A stretch of DNA of 64,000 nt from positions 1,860,001 to 1,924,000 of the forward strand of contig OZ024756.1 in assembly GCA_964016885.1 (NCBI GenBank), written 5' to 3'. The DNA comes from Eledone cirrhosa. Lineage: Eukaryota. The notes beneath the pieces were generated by a model that ran no database searches, was not told the origin of the DNA, and saw only the letters and a list, made by a program, of their open reading frames with translations. Shown here in pieces: positions 51,001 through 63,830 of this stretch; positions within the stretch are counted from its first letter, which is position 1, and every line of letters starts with the position of its first letter. The translations under genes were made by a program, and so were the position numbers.

Positions 51001-54000
51001 TGTGCAGTGTCAGGGATCTGGTCCTCTGTCTTGCTGTCTTCAGTTCATCTATGAAGTTTGTAGTGTCAGTGATCAGGTCCTCTGTCTTGCTGTCTTCAGT
51101 ACATCTATGTAGTGTGCAGTGTCAGTGATCAGGTCCTCTGTCTTCCTGTCTTCAGTACATCTGTATAGTGTGCAGTGTCAGTGATCAGGTCCTCTGTCAT
51201 GCTGTCTTAAGTACATCTATGTAGTGTGCAGTGTCAGTGATCAGGTCCTCAGTCTTGCTGTCTTCAGTACATCTATGTAGTGTGCAGTGTCAGTGATCTG
51301 GTCCTCTGTCTTGCTGTCTTCAGTACATCTGTGAAGTGTGTAGTGTCAGTGATCAGGTCCTCTGTCTTGCTGTCTTCAGTACATCTATGAAGTGTGCAGT
51401 GTCAGTGATCTGGTCCTCTGTCTTGCTGTCTTCAGTACATCTGTGAAGTTTGTAGTGTCAGTGATCAGGTCCTCTGTCTTGCTGTCTTCAGTACATCTAT
51501 GTAGTGTGCAGTGTCAGTGATCAGGTCCTCTGTCTTCCTGTCTTCAGTACATCTGTGAAGTGTGCAGTGTCAGTGATCAGGTCCTCTGTCTTGCTGTCTT
51601 AAGTACATCTATGTAGTGTGCAGTGTCAGTGATCAGGTCCTCTGTCTTGCTGTCTTCAGTACATCTATGTAGTGTGCAGTGTCAGTGATCTGGTCCTCTG
51701 TCTTGCTGTCTTCAGTACATCTGTGAAGTGTGTAGTGTCAGTGATCAGGTCCTCTGTCTTGCTGTCTTCAGTACATCTATGAAGTGTGCAGTGTCAGTGA
51801 TCTGGTCCTCTGTCTTGCTGTCTTCAGTACTTCTATGAAGTGTGCAGTGTCAGTGATCTGGTCCTCTGTCTTGCTGTCTTCAGTACATCTATGAAGTGTG
51901 CAGTGTCAGTGATCTGGTCCTCTGTCTTGCTGTCTTCAGTTCATCTATGAAGTGTGCAGTGTCAGTGATCAGATCCTCTGTCTTGCTGTCTTCAGTTCAT
52001 CTATGAATTGTGCAGTGTCAGTGATCTGGTCCTCTGTCTTGCTGTCTTCAGTACATCTATGAAGTGTGCAGTGTCAGTGATCTGGTCCTCTGTCTTGCTG
52101 TCTTCAGTACATCTATGAAGTGTGTAGTGTCATTGATCTGGTCCTCTGTCTTGCTGTCTTCAGTACATCTATGAAGTGTGCAGTGTCAGTGATCTGGTCC
52201 TCTGTCTTGCTGTCTTCAGTTCATCTATGAAGTGTGTAGTGTCATTGATCTGGTCCTCTGTCTTGCTGTCTTCAGTACATCTATGAAGTGTGCAGTGTCA
52301 GTGATCTGGTCCTCTGTCTTGCTGTCTTCAGTACATCTATGAAGTGTGTAGTGTCATTGATCTGGTCCTCTGTCTTGCTGTCTTCAGTACATCTATGAAG
52401 TGTGCAGTGTCAGTGATCTGGTCTTCTGTCTTGCTGTCTTCAGTTCAACTATGTATTGTGCAGTGTCAGTGATCTGGTCCTCTGTCTTTCTGTCTTCAGT
52501 ACATCTATGAAGTGTGCAGTGTCAGTGATCTGGTACTCTGTCTTGCTGTCTTCAGTACATCTATGAAGTGTGCAGTGTCAGTGATCTCGTCCTCTGTCTT
52601 GCTGTCTTCAGTTCATCTATGAAGTGTGCAGTGTCAGTGATCTGGTCCTCTGTCTTTCTGTCTTCAGTACATCTATGAAGTGTGCAGTGTCAGTGATCTG
52701 GTCCTCTCTCTTGCTGTCTTCAGTTCATCTATTTAGTGTGCAGCGTCAGTGATCTGGTCCTCTGTCTTGCTGTCTTCAGTACATCTATGAAGTGTGCAGT
52801 GTCAGTGATCTGGTCCTCTGTCTTGCTGTCTTAAGTACATCTATGTAGTGTGCAGTGTCAGTGATCAGGTCCTCTGTCTTGCTGTCTTCAGTACATCTAT
52901 GTAGTGTGCAGTGTCAGTGATCTGGTCCTCTGTCTTGCTGTCTTCAGTACATCTATGAAGTGTGCAGTGTCAGGGATCTGGTCCGCTGTCTTGCTGTCTT
53001 CAGTTCATCTATGAAGTATGCAGTATCAGTGATCTGGTCCTCTGTCTTGCTGTCTTCAGTACATCTATGCAGTGTGCAGTGTCAGTGATCTGGTCCTCTG
53101 TCTTGCTGTCTTCAGTTCATCTATGAAGTGTGCAGTGTCAGTGATCAGGTCCTCTGCCTTGCTGTCTTCAGTTCATCTATGAAGTGTGAAGTGTCAGTGA
53201 TCAGCTCCTCTGTCTTGCTGTCTTCAGTACATCTATGAAGTGTGCAGTGTCAGAGATCTGGTCCTCTGTCTTGCTGTCTTCAGTACATCTATGAAGTGTG
53301 CAGTGTCAGTGATCTGGTCCTCTGTCTTGCTGTCTTCAGTACATCTATGAAGTGTGCAGTGTCAGGGATCTGGTCCTCTGTCTTGCTGTCTTCAGTTCAT
53401 CTATGAAGTTTGTAGTGTCAGTGATCAGGTCCTCTGTCTTGCTGTCTTCAGTACATCTATGTAGTGTGCAGTGTCAGTGATCAGGTCCTCTGTCTTCCTG
53501 TCTTCAGTACATCTGTATAGTGTGCAGTGTCAGTGATCAGGTCCTCTGTCATGCTGTCTTAAGTACATCTATGTAGTGTGCAGTGTCAGTGATCAGGTCC
53601 TCTGTCTTGCTGTCTTCAGTACATCTATGTAGTGTGCAGTGTCAGTGATCTGGTCCTCTGTCTTGCTGTCTTCAGTACATCTGTGAAGTGTGTAGTGTCA
53701 GTGATCAGGTCCTCTGTCTTGCTGTCTTCAGTACATCTATGAAGTGTGCAGTGTCAGTGATCTGGTCCTCTGTCTTGCTGTCTTCAGTACATCTGTGAAG
53801 TTTGTAGTGTCAGTGATCAAGTCCTCTGTCTTGCTGTCTTCAGTACATCTATGTAGTGTGCAGTGTCAGTGATCAGGTCCTCTGTCTTCCTGTCTTCAGT
53901 ACATCTGTGAAGTGTGCAGTGTCAGTGATCAGGTCCTCTGTCTTGCTGTCTTAAGTACATCTATGTAGTGTGCAGTGTCAGTGATCAGGTCCTCTGTCTT

Positions 54001-57000
54001 GCTGTCTTCAGAACATCTATGTAGTGTGCAGTGTCAGTGATCTGGTCCTCTGTCTTGCTGTCTTCAGTACATCTGTGAAGTGTGTAGTGTCAGTGATCAG
54101 GTCCTCTGTCTTGCTGTCTTCAGTACATCTATGAAGTGTGCAGTGTCAGTGATCTGGTCCTCTGTCTTGCTGTCTTCAGTACTTCTATGAAGTGTGCAGT
54201 GTCAGTGATCTGGTCCTCTGTCTTGCTGTCTTCAGTACATCTATGAAGTGTGCAGTGTCAGTGATCTGGTCCTCTGTCTTGCTGTCTTCAGTTCATCTAT
54301 GAAGTGTGCAGTGTCAGTGATCAAATCCTCTGTCTTGCTGTCTTCAGTTCATCTATGAATTGTGCAGTGTCAGTGATCTGGTCCTCTGTCTTGCTGTCTT
54401 CAGTACATCTATGAAGTGTGCAGTGTCAGTGATCTGGTCCTCTGTCTTGCTGTCTTCAGTACATCTATGAAGTGTGTAGTGTCATTGATCTGGTCCTCTG
54501 TCTTGCTGTCTTCAGTACATCTATGAAGTGTGCAGTGTCAGTGATGTGGTCCTCTGTCTTGCTGTCTTCAGTTCATCTATGAAGTGTGTAGTGTCATTGA
54601 TCTGGTCCTCTGTCTTGCTGTCTTCAGTACATCTATGAAGTGTGCAGTGTCAGTGATCTGGTCCTCTGTCTTGCTGTCTTCAGTACATCTATGAAGTGTG
54701 TAGTGTCATTGATCTGGTCCTCTGTCTTGCTGTCTTCAGTACATCTATGAAGTGTGCAGTGTCAGTGATCTGGTCTTCTGTCTTGCTGTCTTCAGTTCAA
54801 CTATGTATTGTGCAGTGTCAGTGATCTGGTCCTCTGTCTTTCTGTCTTCAGTACATCTATGAAGTGTGCAGTGTCAATGATCTTGTACTCTGTCTTGCTG
54901 TCTTCAGTACATCTATGAAGTGTGCAGTGTCAGTGATCTCGTCCTCTGTCTTGCTGTCTTCAGTTCATCTATGAAGTGTGCAGTGTCAGTGATCTGGTCC
55001 TCTGTCTTGCTGTCTTCAGTTCATCTATGAAGTGTGTAGTGTCATTGATCTGGTCCTCTGTCTTGCTGTCTTCAGTACATCTATGAAGTGTGCAGTGTCA
55101 GTGATCTGGTCCTCTGTCTTGCTGTCTTCAGTACATCTATGAAGTGTGTAGTGTCATTGATCTGGTCCTCTGTCTTGCTGTCTTCAGTACATCTATGAAG
55201 TGTGCAGTGTCAGTGATCTGGTCTTCTGTCTTGCTGTCTTCAGTTCAACTATGTATTGTGCAGTGTCAGTGATCTGGTCCTCTGTCTTTCTGTCTTCAGT
55301 ACATCTATGAAGTGTGCAGTGTCAGTGATCTGGTACTCTGTCTTGCTGTCTTCAGTACATCTATGAAGTGTGCAGTGTCAGTGATCTCGTCCTCTGTCTT
55401 GCTGTCTTCAGTTCATCTATGAAGTGTGCAGTGTCAGTGATCTGGTCCTCTGTCTTTCTGTCTTCAGTACATCTATGAAGTGTGCAGTGTCAGTGATCTG
55501 GTCCTCTCTCTTGCTGTCTTCAGTTCATCTATTTAGTGTGCAGCGTCAGTGATCTGGTCCTCTGTCTTGCTGTCTTCAGTACATCTATGAAGTGTGCAGT
55601 GTCAGTGATCTGGTCCTCTGTCTTGCTGTCTTAAGTACATCTATGTAGTGTGCAGTGTCAGTGATCAGGTCCTCTGTCTTGCTGTCTTAAGTACATCTAT
55701 GTAGTGTGCAGTGTCAGTGATCAGGTCCTCTGTCTTGCTGTCTTCAGTACATCTATGTAGTGTGCAGTGTCAGTGATCTGGTCCTCTGTCTTGCTGTCTT
55801 CAGTACATCTATGAAGTGTGCAGTGTCAGGGATCTGGTCCGCTGTCTTGCTGTCTTCAGTTCATCTATGAAGTATGCAGTATCAGTGATCTGGTCCTCTG
55901 TCTTGCTGTCTTCAGTACATCTATGCAGTGTGCAGTGTCAGTGATCTGGTCCTCTGTCTTGCTGTCTTCAGTTCATCTATGAAGTGTGCAGTGTCAGTGA
56001 TCAGGTCCTCTGCCTTGCTGTCTTCAGTTCATCTATGAAGTGTGAAGTGTCAGTGATCAGCTCCTCTGTCTTGCTGTCTTCAGTACATCTATGAAGTGTG
56101 CAGTGTCAGGGATCTGGTCCTCTGTCTTGCTGTCTTCAGTACATCTATGAAGTGTGCAGTGTCAGGGATCTGGTCCTCTGTCTTGCTGTCTTCAGTTCAT
56201 CTATGAAGTTTGTAGTGTCAGTGATCAGGTCCTCTGTCTTGCTGTCTTCAGTACATCTATGTAGTGTGCAGTGTCAGTGATCAGGTCCTCTGTCTTCCTG
56301 TCTTCAGTACATCTGTATAGTGTGCAGTGTCAGTGATCAGGTCCTCTGTCATGCTGTCTTAAGTACATCTATGTAGTGTGCAGTGTCAGTGATCAGGTCC
56401 TCAGTCTTGCTGTCTTCAGTACATCTATGTAGTGTGCAGTGTCAGTGATCTGGTCCTCTGTCTTGCTGTCTTCAGTACATCTGTGAAGTGTGTAGTGTCA
56501 GTGATCAGGTCCTCTGTCTTGCTGTCTTCAGTACATCTATGAAGTGTGCAGTGTCAGTGATCTGGTCCTCTGTCTTGCTGTCTTCAGTACATCTGTGAAG
56601 TTTGTAGTGTCAGTGATCAGGTCCTCTGTCTTGCTGTCTTCAGTACATCTATGTAGTGTGCAGTGTCAGTGATCAGGTCCTCTGTCTTCCTGTCTTCAGT
56701 ACATCTGTGAAGTGTGCAGTGTCAGTGATCAGGTCCTCTGTCTTGCTGTCTTAAGTACATCTATGTAGTGTGCAGTGTCAGTGATCAGGTCCTCTGTCTT
56801 GCTGTCTTCAGTACATCTATGTAGTGTGCAGTGTCAGTGATCTGGTCCTCTGTCTTGCTGTCTTCAGTACATCTGTGAAGTGTGTAGTGTCAGTGATCAG
56901 GTCCTCTGTCTTGCTGTCTTCAGTACATCTATGAAGTGTGCAGTGTCAGTGATCTGGTCCTCTGTCTTGCTGTCTTCAGTACTTCTATGAAGTGTGCAGT

Positions 57001-60000
57001 GTCAGTGATCTGGTCCTCTGTCTTGCTGTCTTCAGTACATCTATGAAGTGTGCAGTGTCAGTGATCTGGTCCTCTGTCTTGCTGTCTTCAGTTCATCTAT
57101 GAAGTGTGCAGTGTCAGTGATCAGATCCTCTGTCTTGCTGTCTTCAGTTCATCTATGAATTGTGCAGTGTCAGTGATCTGGTCCTCTGTCTTGCTGTCTT
57201 CAGTACATCTATGAAGTGTGCAGTGTCAGTGATCTGGTCCTCTGTCTTGCTGTCTTCAGTACATCTATGAAGTGTGTAGTGTCATTGATCTGGTCCTCTG
57301 TCTTGCTGTCTTCAGTACATCTATGAAGTGTGCAGTGTCAGTGATCTGGTCCTCTGTCTTGCTGTCTTCAGTTCATCTATGAAGTGTGTAGTGTCATTGA
57401 TCTGGTCCTCTGTCTTGCTGTCTTCAGTACATCTATGAAGTGTGCAGTGTCAGTGATCTGGTCCTCTGTCTTGCTGTCTTCAGTACATCTATGAAGTGTG
57501 TAGTGTCATTGATCTGGTCCTCTGTCTTGCTGTCTTCAGTACATCTATGAAGTGTGCAGTGTCAGTGATCTGGTCTTCTGTCTTGCTGTCTTCAGTTCAA
57601 CTATGTATTGTGCAGTGTCAGTGATCTGGTCCTCTGTCTTTCTGTCTTCAGTACATCTATGAAGTGTGCAGTGTCAGTGATCTGGTACTCTGTCTTGCTG
57701 TCTTCAGTACATCTATGAAGTGTGCAGTGTCAGTGATCTCGTCCTCTGTCTTGCTGTCTTCAGTTCATCTATGAAGTGTGCAGTGTCAGTGATCTGGTCC
57801 TCTGTCTTTCTGTCTTCAGTACATCTATGAAGTGTGCAGTGTCAGTGATCTGGTCCTCTCTCTTGCTGTCTTCAGTTCATCTATTTAGTGTGCAGCGTCA
57901 GTGATCTGGTCCTCTGTCTTGCTGTCTTCAGTACATCTATGAAGTGTGCAGTGTCAGTGATCTGGTCCTCTGTCTTGCTGTCTTAAGTACATCTATGTAG
58001 TGTGCAGTGTCAGTGATCAGGTCCTCTGTCTTGCTGTCTTCAGTACATCTATGTAGTGTGCAGTGTCAGTGATCTGGTCCTCTGTCTTGCTGTCTTCAGT
58101 ACATCTATGAAGTGTGCAGTGTCAGGGATCTGGTCCGCTGTCTTGCTGTCTTCAGTTCATCTATGAAGTATGCAGTATCAGTGATCTGGTCCTCTGTCTT
58201 GCTGTCTTCAGTACATCTATGCAGTGTGCAGTGTCAGTGATCTGGTCCTCTGTCTTGCTGTCTTCAGTTCATCTATGAAGTGTGCAGTGTCAGTGATCAG
58301 GTCCTCTGCCTTGCTGTCTTCAGTTCATCTATGAAGTGTGAAGTGTCAGTGATCAGCTCCTCTGTCTTGCTGTCTTCAGTACATCTATGAAGTGTGCAGT
58401 GTCAGAGATCTGGTCCTCTGTCTTGCTGTCTTCAGTACATCTATGAAGTGTGCAGTGTCAGTGATCTGGTCCTCTGTCTTGCTGTCTTCAGTACATCTAT
58501 GAAGTGTGCAGTGTCAGGGATCTGGTCCTCTGTCTTGCTGTCTTCAGTTCATCTATGAAGTTTGTAGTGTCAGTGATCAGGTCCTCTGTCTTGCTGTCTT
58601 CAGTACATCTATGTAGTGTGCAGTGTCAGTGATCAGGTCCTCTGTCTTCCTGTCTTCAGTACATCTGTATAGTGTGCAGTGTCAGTGATCAGGTCCTCTG
58701 TCATGCTGTCTTAAGTACATCTATGTAGTGTGCAGTGTCAGTGATCAGGTCCTCTGTCTTGCTGTCTTCAGTACATCTATGTAGTGTGCAGTGTCAGTGA
58801 TCTGGTCCTCTGTCTTGCTGTCTTCAGTACATCTGTGAAGTGTGTAGTGTCAGTGATCAGGTCCTCTGTCTTGCTGTCTTCAGTACATCTATGAAGTGTG
58901 CAGTGTCAGTGATCTGGTCCTCTGTCTTGCTGTCTTCAGTACATCTGTGAAGTTTGTAGTGTCAGTGATCAAGTCCTCTGTCTTGCTGTCTTCAGTACAT
59001 CTATGTAGTGTGCAGTGTCAGTGATCAGGTCCTCTGTCTTCCTGTCTTCAGTACATCTGTGAAGTGTGCAGTGTCAGTGATCAGGTCCTCTGTCTTGCTG
59101 TCTTAAGTACATCTATGTAGTGTGCAGTGTCAGTGATCAGGTCCTCTGTCTTGCTGTCTTCAGAACATCTATGTAGTGTGCAGTGTCAGTGATCTGGTCC
59201 TCTGTCTTGCTGTCTTCAGTACATCTGTGAAGTGTGTAGTGTCAGTGATCAGGTCCTCTGTCTTGCTGTCTTCAGTACATCTATGAAGTGTGCAGTGTCA
59301 GTGATCTGGTCCTCTGTCTTGCTGTCTTCAGTACTTCTATGAAGTGTGCAGTGTCAGTGATCTGGTCCTCTGTCTTGCTGTCTTCAGTACATCTATGAAG
59401 TGTGCAGTGTCAGTGATCTGGTCCTCTGTCTTGCTGTCTTCAGTTCATCTATGAAGTGTGCAGTGTCAGTGATCAAATCCTCTGTCTTGCTGTCTTCAGT
59501 TCATCTATGAATTGTGCAGTGTCAGTGATCTGGTCCTCTGTCTTGCTGTCTTCAGTACATCTATGAAGTGTGCAGTGTCAGTGATCTGGTCCTCTGTCTT
59601 GCTGTCTTCAGTACATCTATGAAGTGTGTAGTGTCATTGATCTGGTCCTCTGTCTTGCTGTCTTCAGTACATCTATGAAGTGTGCAGTGTCAGTGATGTG
59701 GTCCTCTGTCTTGCTGTCTTCAGTTCATCTATGAAGTGTGTAGTGTCATTGATCTGGTCCTCTGTCTTGCTGTCTTCAGTACATCTATGAAGTGTGCAGT
59801 GTCAGTGATCTGGTCCTCTGTCTTGCTGTCTTCAGTACATCTATGAAGTGTGTAGTGTCATTGATCTGGTCCTCTGTCTTGCTGTCTTCAGTACATCTAT
59901 GAAGTGTGCAGTGTCAGTGATCTGGTCTTCTGTCTTGCTGTCTTCAGTTCAACTATGTATTGTGCAGTGTCAGTGATCTGGTCCTCTGTCTTTCTGTCTT

Positions 60001-60150
60001 CAGTACATCTATGAAGTGTGCAGTGTCAATGATCTTGTACTCTGTCTTGCTGTCTTCAGTACATCTATGAAGTGTGCAGTGTCAGTGATCTCGTCCTCTG
60101 TCTTGCTGTCTTCAGTTCATCTATGAAGTGTGCAGTGTCAGTGATCTGGT
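48050..60150. repeat. About 42-monomer higher-order repeat in five copies, containing a 92-monomer (5152 bp) duplication
   Basis: The GTATAG marker, followed by TGTCATGC, occurs at 48811, 51163, 53515, 56315 and 58667 (offsets 2352, 2352, 2800, 2352). Private variants at a 5152 offset: CAGAGATC 53251/58403, GAACATC 54011/59163, TCAAATCC 54321/59473, GATGTGG 54543/59695, CAATGATCTTGTAC 54875/60027. Confidence 0.9.
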
Positions 60151-60559
60151 CCTCTGTCTTGCTGTCTTCAGTTCATCTATGTAGTGTGCAGTGTCAGTGA
60201 TCTGGTCCTCTGTCTTTCTGTCTTCAGTACATCTATGAAGTGTGCAGTGTCAGTGACCTGGTCCTCTCTCTTGCTGTCTTCAGTTCATCTATTTAGTGTG
60301 CAGCGTCAGTGATCTGGTCCTCTGTCTTGCTGTCTTCAGTACATCTATGAAGTGTGCAGTGTCAGTGATCTGGTCCTCTGTCTTGCTGTCTTCAGTTCAT
60401 CTATGTAGTGTGCAGTGTCAGTGATCTGGTCCTCTGTCTTGCTGTCTTCAGTACATCTATGAAGTGTGCAGTGTCAGTGATCTGGTCCTTTGTCTTGCTG
60501 TCTTCATTTCCTCTATGTAGTGTGCAGTGTCAGTGATCTGGTCCTCTGTCTTGCTGTCT

Positions 60560-63500
60560 TCAGTACATCTATGAAGTGTGCAGTGTCAGTGATCTGGTCC
60601 TCTGTCTTGCTGTCTTCAGTACATCTGTGAAGTTTGTAGTGTCAGTGATCAGGTCCTCTGTCTTGCTGTCTTCAGTACATCTATGTAGTGTGCAGTGTCA
60701 GTGATCAGGTCCTCTGTCTTCCTGTCTTCAGTACATCTGTGAAGTGTGTAGTGTCAGTGATCAGGTCCTCTGTCTTGCTGTCTTAAGTACATCTATGTAG
60801 TGTGCAGTGTCAGTGATCAGGTCCTCTGTCTTGCTGTCTTAAGTACATCTATGTAGTGTGCAGTGTCAGTGATCAGGTCCTCTGTCTTGCTGTCTTCAGT
60901 ACATCTATGTAGTGTGCAGTGTCAGTGATCTGGTCCTCTGTCTTGCTGTCTTCAGTACATCTATGAAGTGTGCAGTGTCAGGGATCTGGTCCGCTGTCTT
61001 GCTGTCTTCAGTTCATCTATGAAGTATGCAGTATCAGTGATCTGGTCCTCTGTCTTGCTGTCTTCAGTACATCTATGCAGTGTGCAGTGTCAGTGATCTG
61101 GTCCTCTGTCTTGCTGTCTTCAGTTCATCTATGAAGTGTGCAGTGTCAGTGATCAGGTCCTCTGCCTTGCTGTCTTCAGTTCATCTATGAAGTGTGAAGT
61201 GTCAGTGATCAGCTCCTCTGTCTTGCTGTCTTCAGTACATCTATGAAGTGTGCAGTGTCAGGGATCTGGTCCTCTGTCTTGCTGTCTTCAGTACATCTAT
61301 GAAGTGTGCAGTGTCAGTGATCTGGTCCTCTGTCTTGCTGTCTTCAGTACATCTATGAAGTGTGCAGTGTCAGTGATCTGGTCCTCTGTCTTGCTGTCTT
61401 CAGTTCATCTATGAAATGTGAAGTGTCAGGGATCTGGTCCTCTGTCTTGCTGTCTTCATTTCCTCTATGTAGTGTGCAGTGTCAGTGATCTGGTCCTCTG
61501 TCTTGCTGTCATCAGTACATCTATGAAGTGTGCAGTGTCAGTGATCTGGTCCTCCGTCTTGCTGTCTTCAGTACATCTATGAAGTGTGCAGTGTCAGTGA
61601 TCTGGTCCTCTGTCTTGCTGTCTTCAGTACATCTATGAAGTGTGCAGTGTCAGTGATCTGGTCCTCTGTCTTGCTGTCTTCAGTTCATCTATGAAGTGTG
61701 CAGTGTCAGTGATCTGGTCCTCTGTCTTGCTGTCTTCAGTTCATCTATGAAGTGTGCAGTGTCAGTGATCTGGTCTTCTGTCTTGCTGTCTTCAGTTCAA
61801 CTATGTATTGTGCAGTGTCAGTGATCTGGTCCTCTGTCTTTCTGTCTTCAGTACATCTATGAAGTGTGCAGTGTCAGTGATCTGGTACTCTGTCTTGCTG
61901 TCTTCAGTACATCTATGAAGTGTGCAGTGTCAGTGATCTCGTCCTCTGTCTTGCTGTCTTCAGTTCATCTATGAAGTGTGCAGTGTCAGTGATCTGGTCC
62001 TCTGTCTTGCTGTCTTCAGTTCATCTATGTAGTGTGCAGTGTCAGTGATCTGGTCCTCTGTCTTTCTGTCTTCAATACATCTATGAAGTGTGCAGTGTCA
62101 GTGATCTGGTCCTCTCTCTTGCTGTCTTCAGTTCATCTATTTAGTGTGCAGCGTCAGTGATCTGGTCCTCTGTCTTGCTGTCTTCAGTACATCTATGAAG
62201 TGTGCAGTGTCAGTGATCTGGTCCTCTGTCTTGCTGTCTTCAGTACATCTGTGAAGTTTGTAGTGTCAGTGATCAGGTCCTCTGTCTTGCTGTCTTCAGT
62301 ACATCTATGTAGTGTGCAGTGTCAGTGATCAGGTCCTCTGTCTTCCTGTCTTCAGTACATCTGTGAAGTGTGTAGTGTCAGTGATCAGGTCCTCTGTCTT
62401 GCTGTCTTAAGTACATCTATGTAGTGTGCAGTGTCAGTGATCAGGTCCTCTGTCTTGCTGTCTTAAGTACATCTATGTAGTGTGCAGTGTCAGTGATCAG
62501 GTCCTCTGTCTTGCTGTCTTCAGTACATCTATGTAGTGTGCAGTGTCAGTGATCTGGTCCTCTGTCTTGCTGTCTTCAGTACATCTATGAAGTGTGCAGT
62601 GTCAGGGATCTGGTCCGCTGTCTTGCTGTCTTCAGTTCATCTATGAAGTATGCAGTATCAGTGATCTGGTCCTCTGTCTTGCTATCTTCAGTACATCTAT
62701 GCAGTGTGCAGTGTCAGTGATCTGGTCCTCTGTCTTGCTGTCTTCAGTTCATCTATGAAGTGTGCAGTGTCAGTGATCAGGTCCTCTGCCTTGCTGTCTT
62801 CAGTTCATCTATGAAGTGTGAAGTGTCAGTGATCAGCTCCTCTGTCTTGCTGTCTTCAGTACATCTATGAAGTGTGCAGTGTCAGGGATCTGGTCCTCTG
62901 TCTTGCTGTCTTCAGTACATCTATGAAGTGTGCAGTGTCAGTGATCTGGTCCTCTGTCTTGCTGTCTTCAGTACATCTATGAAGTGTGCAGTGTCAGTGA
63001 TCTGGTCCTCTGTCTTGCTGTCTTCAGTTCATCTATGAAATGTGAAGTGTCAGGGATCTGGTCCTCTGTCTTGCTGTCTTCATTTCCTCTATGTAGTGTG
63101 CAGTGTCAGTGATCTGGTCCTCTGTCTTGCTGTCATCAGTACATCTATGAAGTGTGCAGTGTCAGTGATCTGGTCCTCCGTCTTGCTGTCTTCAGTACAT
63201 CTATGAAGTGTGCAGTGTCAGTGATCTGGTCCTCTGTCTTGCTGTCTTCAGTACATCTATGAAGTGTGCAGTGTCAGTGATCTGGTCCTCTGTCTTGCTG
63301 TCTTCAGTTCATCTATGAAGTGTGCAGTGTCAGTGATCTGGTCCTCTGTCTTGCTGTCTTCAGTTCATCTATGAAGTGTGCAGTGTCAGTGATCTGGTCT
63401 TCTGTCTTGCTGTCTTCAGTTCAACTATGTATTGTGCAGTGTCAGTGATCTGGTCCTCTGTCTTTCTGTCTTCAGTACATCTATGAAGTGTGCAGTGTCA

Positions 63501-63830
63501 GTGATCTGGTACTCTGTCTTGCTGTCTTCAGTACATCTATGAAGTGTGCAGTGTCAGTGATCTCGTCCTCTGTCTTGCTGTCTTCAGTTCATCTATGAAG
63601 TGTGCAGTGTCAGTGATCTGGTCCTCTGTCTTGCTGTCTTCAGTTCATCTATGTAGTGTGCAGTGTCAGTGATCTGGTCCTCTGTCTTTCTGTCTTCAAT
63701 ACATCTATGAAGTGTGCAGTGTCAGTGATCTGGTCCTCTCTCTTGCTGTCTTCAGTTCATCTATTTAGTGTGCAGCGTCAGTGATCTGGTCCTCTGTTTG
63801 CTGTCTTCAGTACATCTATGAAGTGTGCAG
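60560..63830. repeat. Tandem duplication of 29 monomers (1624 bp), 2 copies
   Basis: The GTCATCAG variant base at 61511/63135 and TTCAATAC at 62071/63695 share an offset of 1624=29x56. The second copy has private GCTATC (about 62684) and a 1-bp deletion (about 63798). Confidence 0.88.

Noticed and set aside
4793-56280. All 11 ORFs in the supplied track (60-98 aa, Cys/Ser/Val-rich)
   Set aside because: They are translations of the satellite. Because 56 is not divisible by 3, reading cycles through all frames every 168 bp and meets two consensus TGA stops. ORFs appear only where SNPs or the +5 insertion remove or bypass a stop. Starts are GTG/TTG and there is no gene context. The minus strand also has stops in the cycle.
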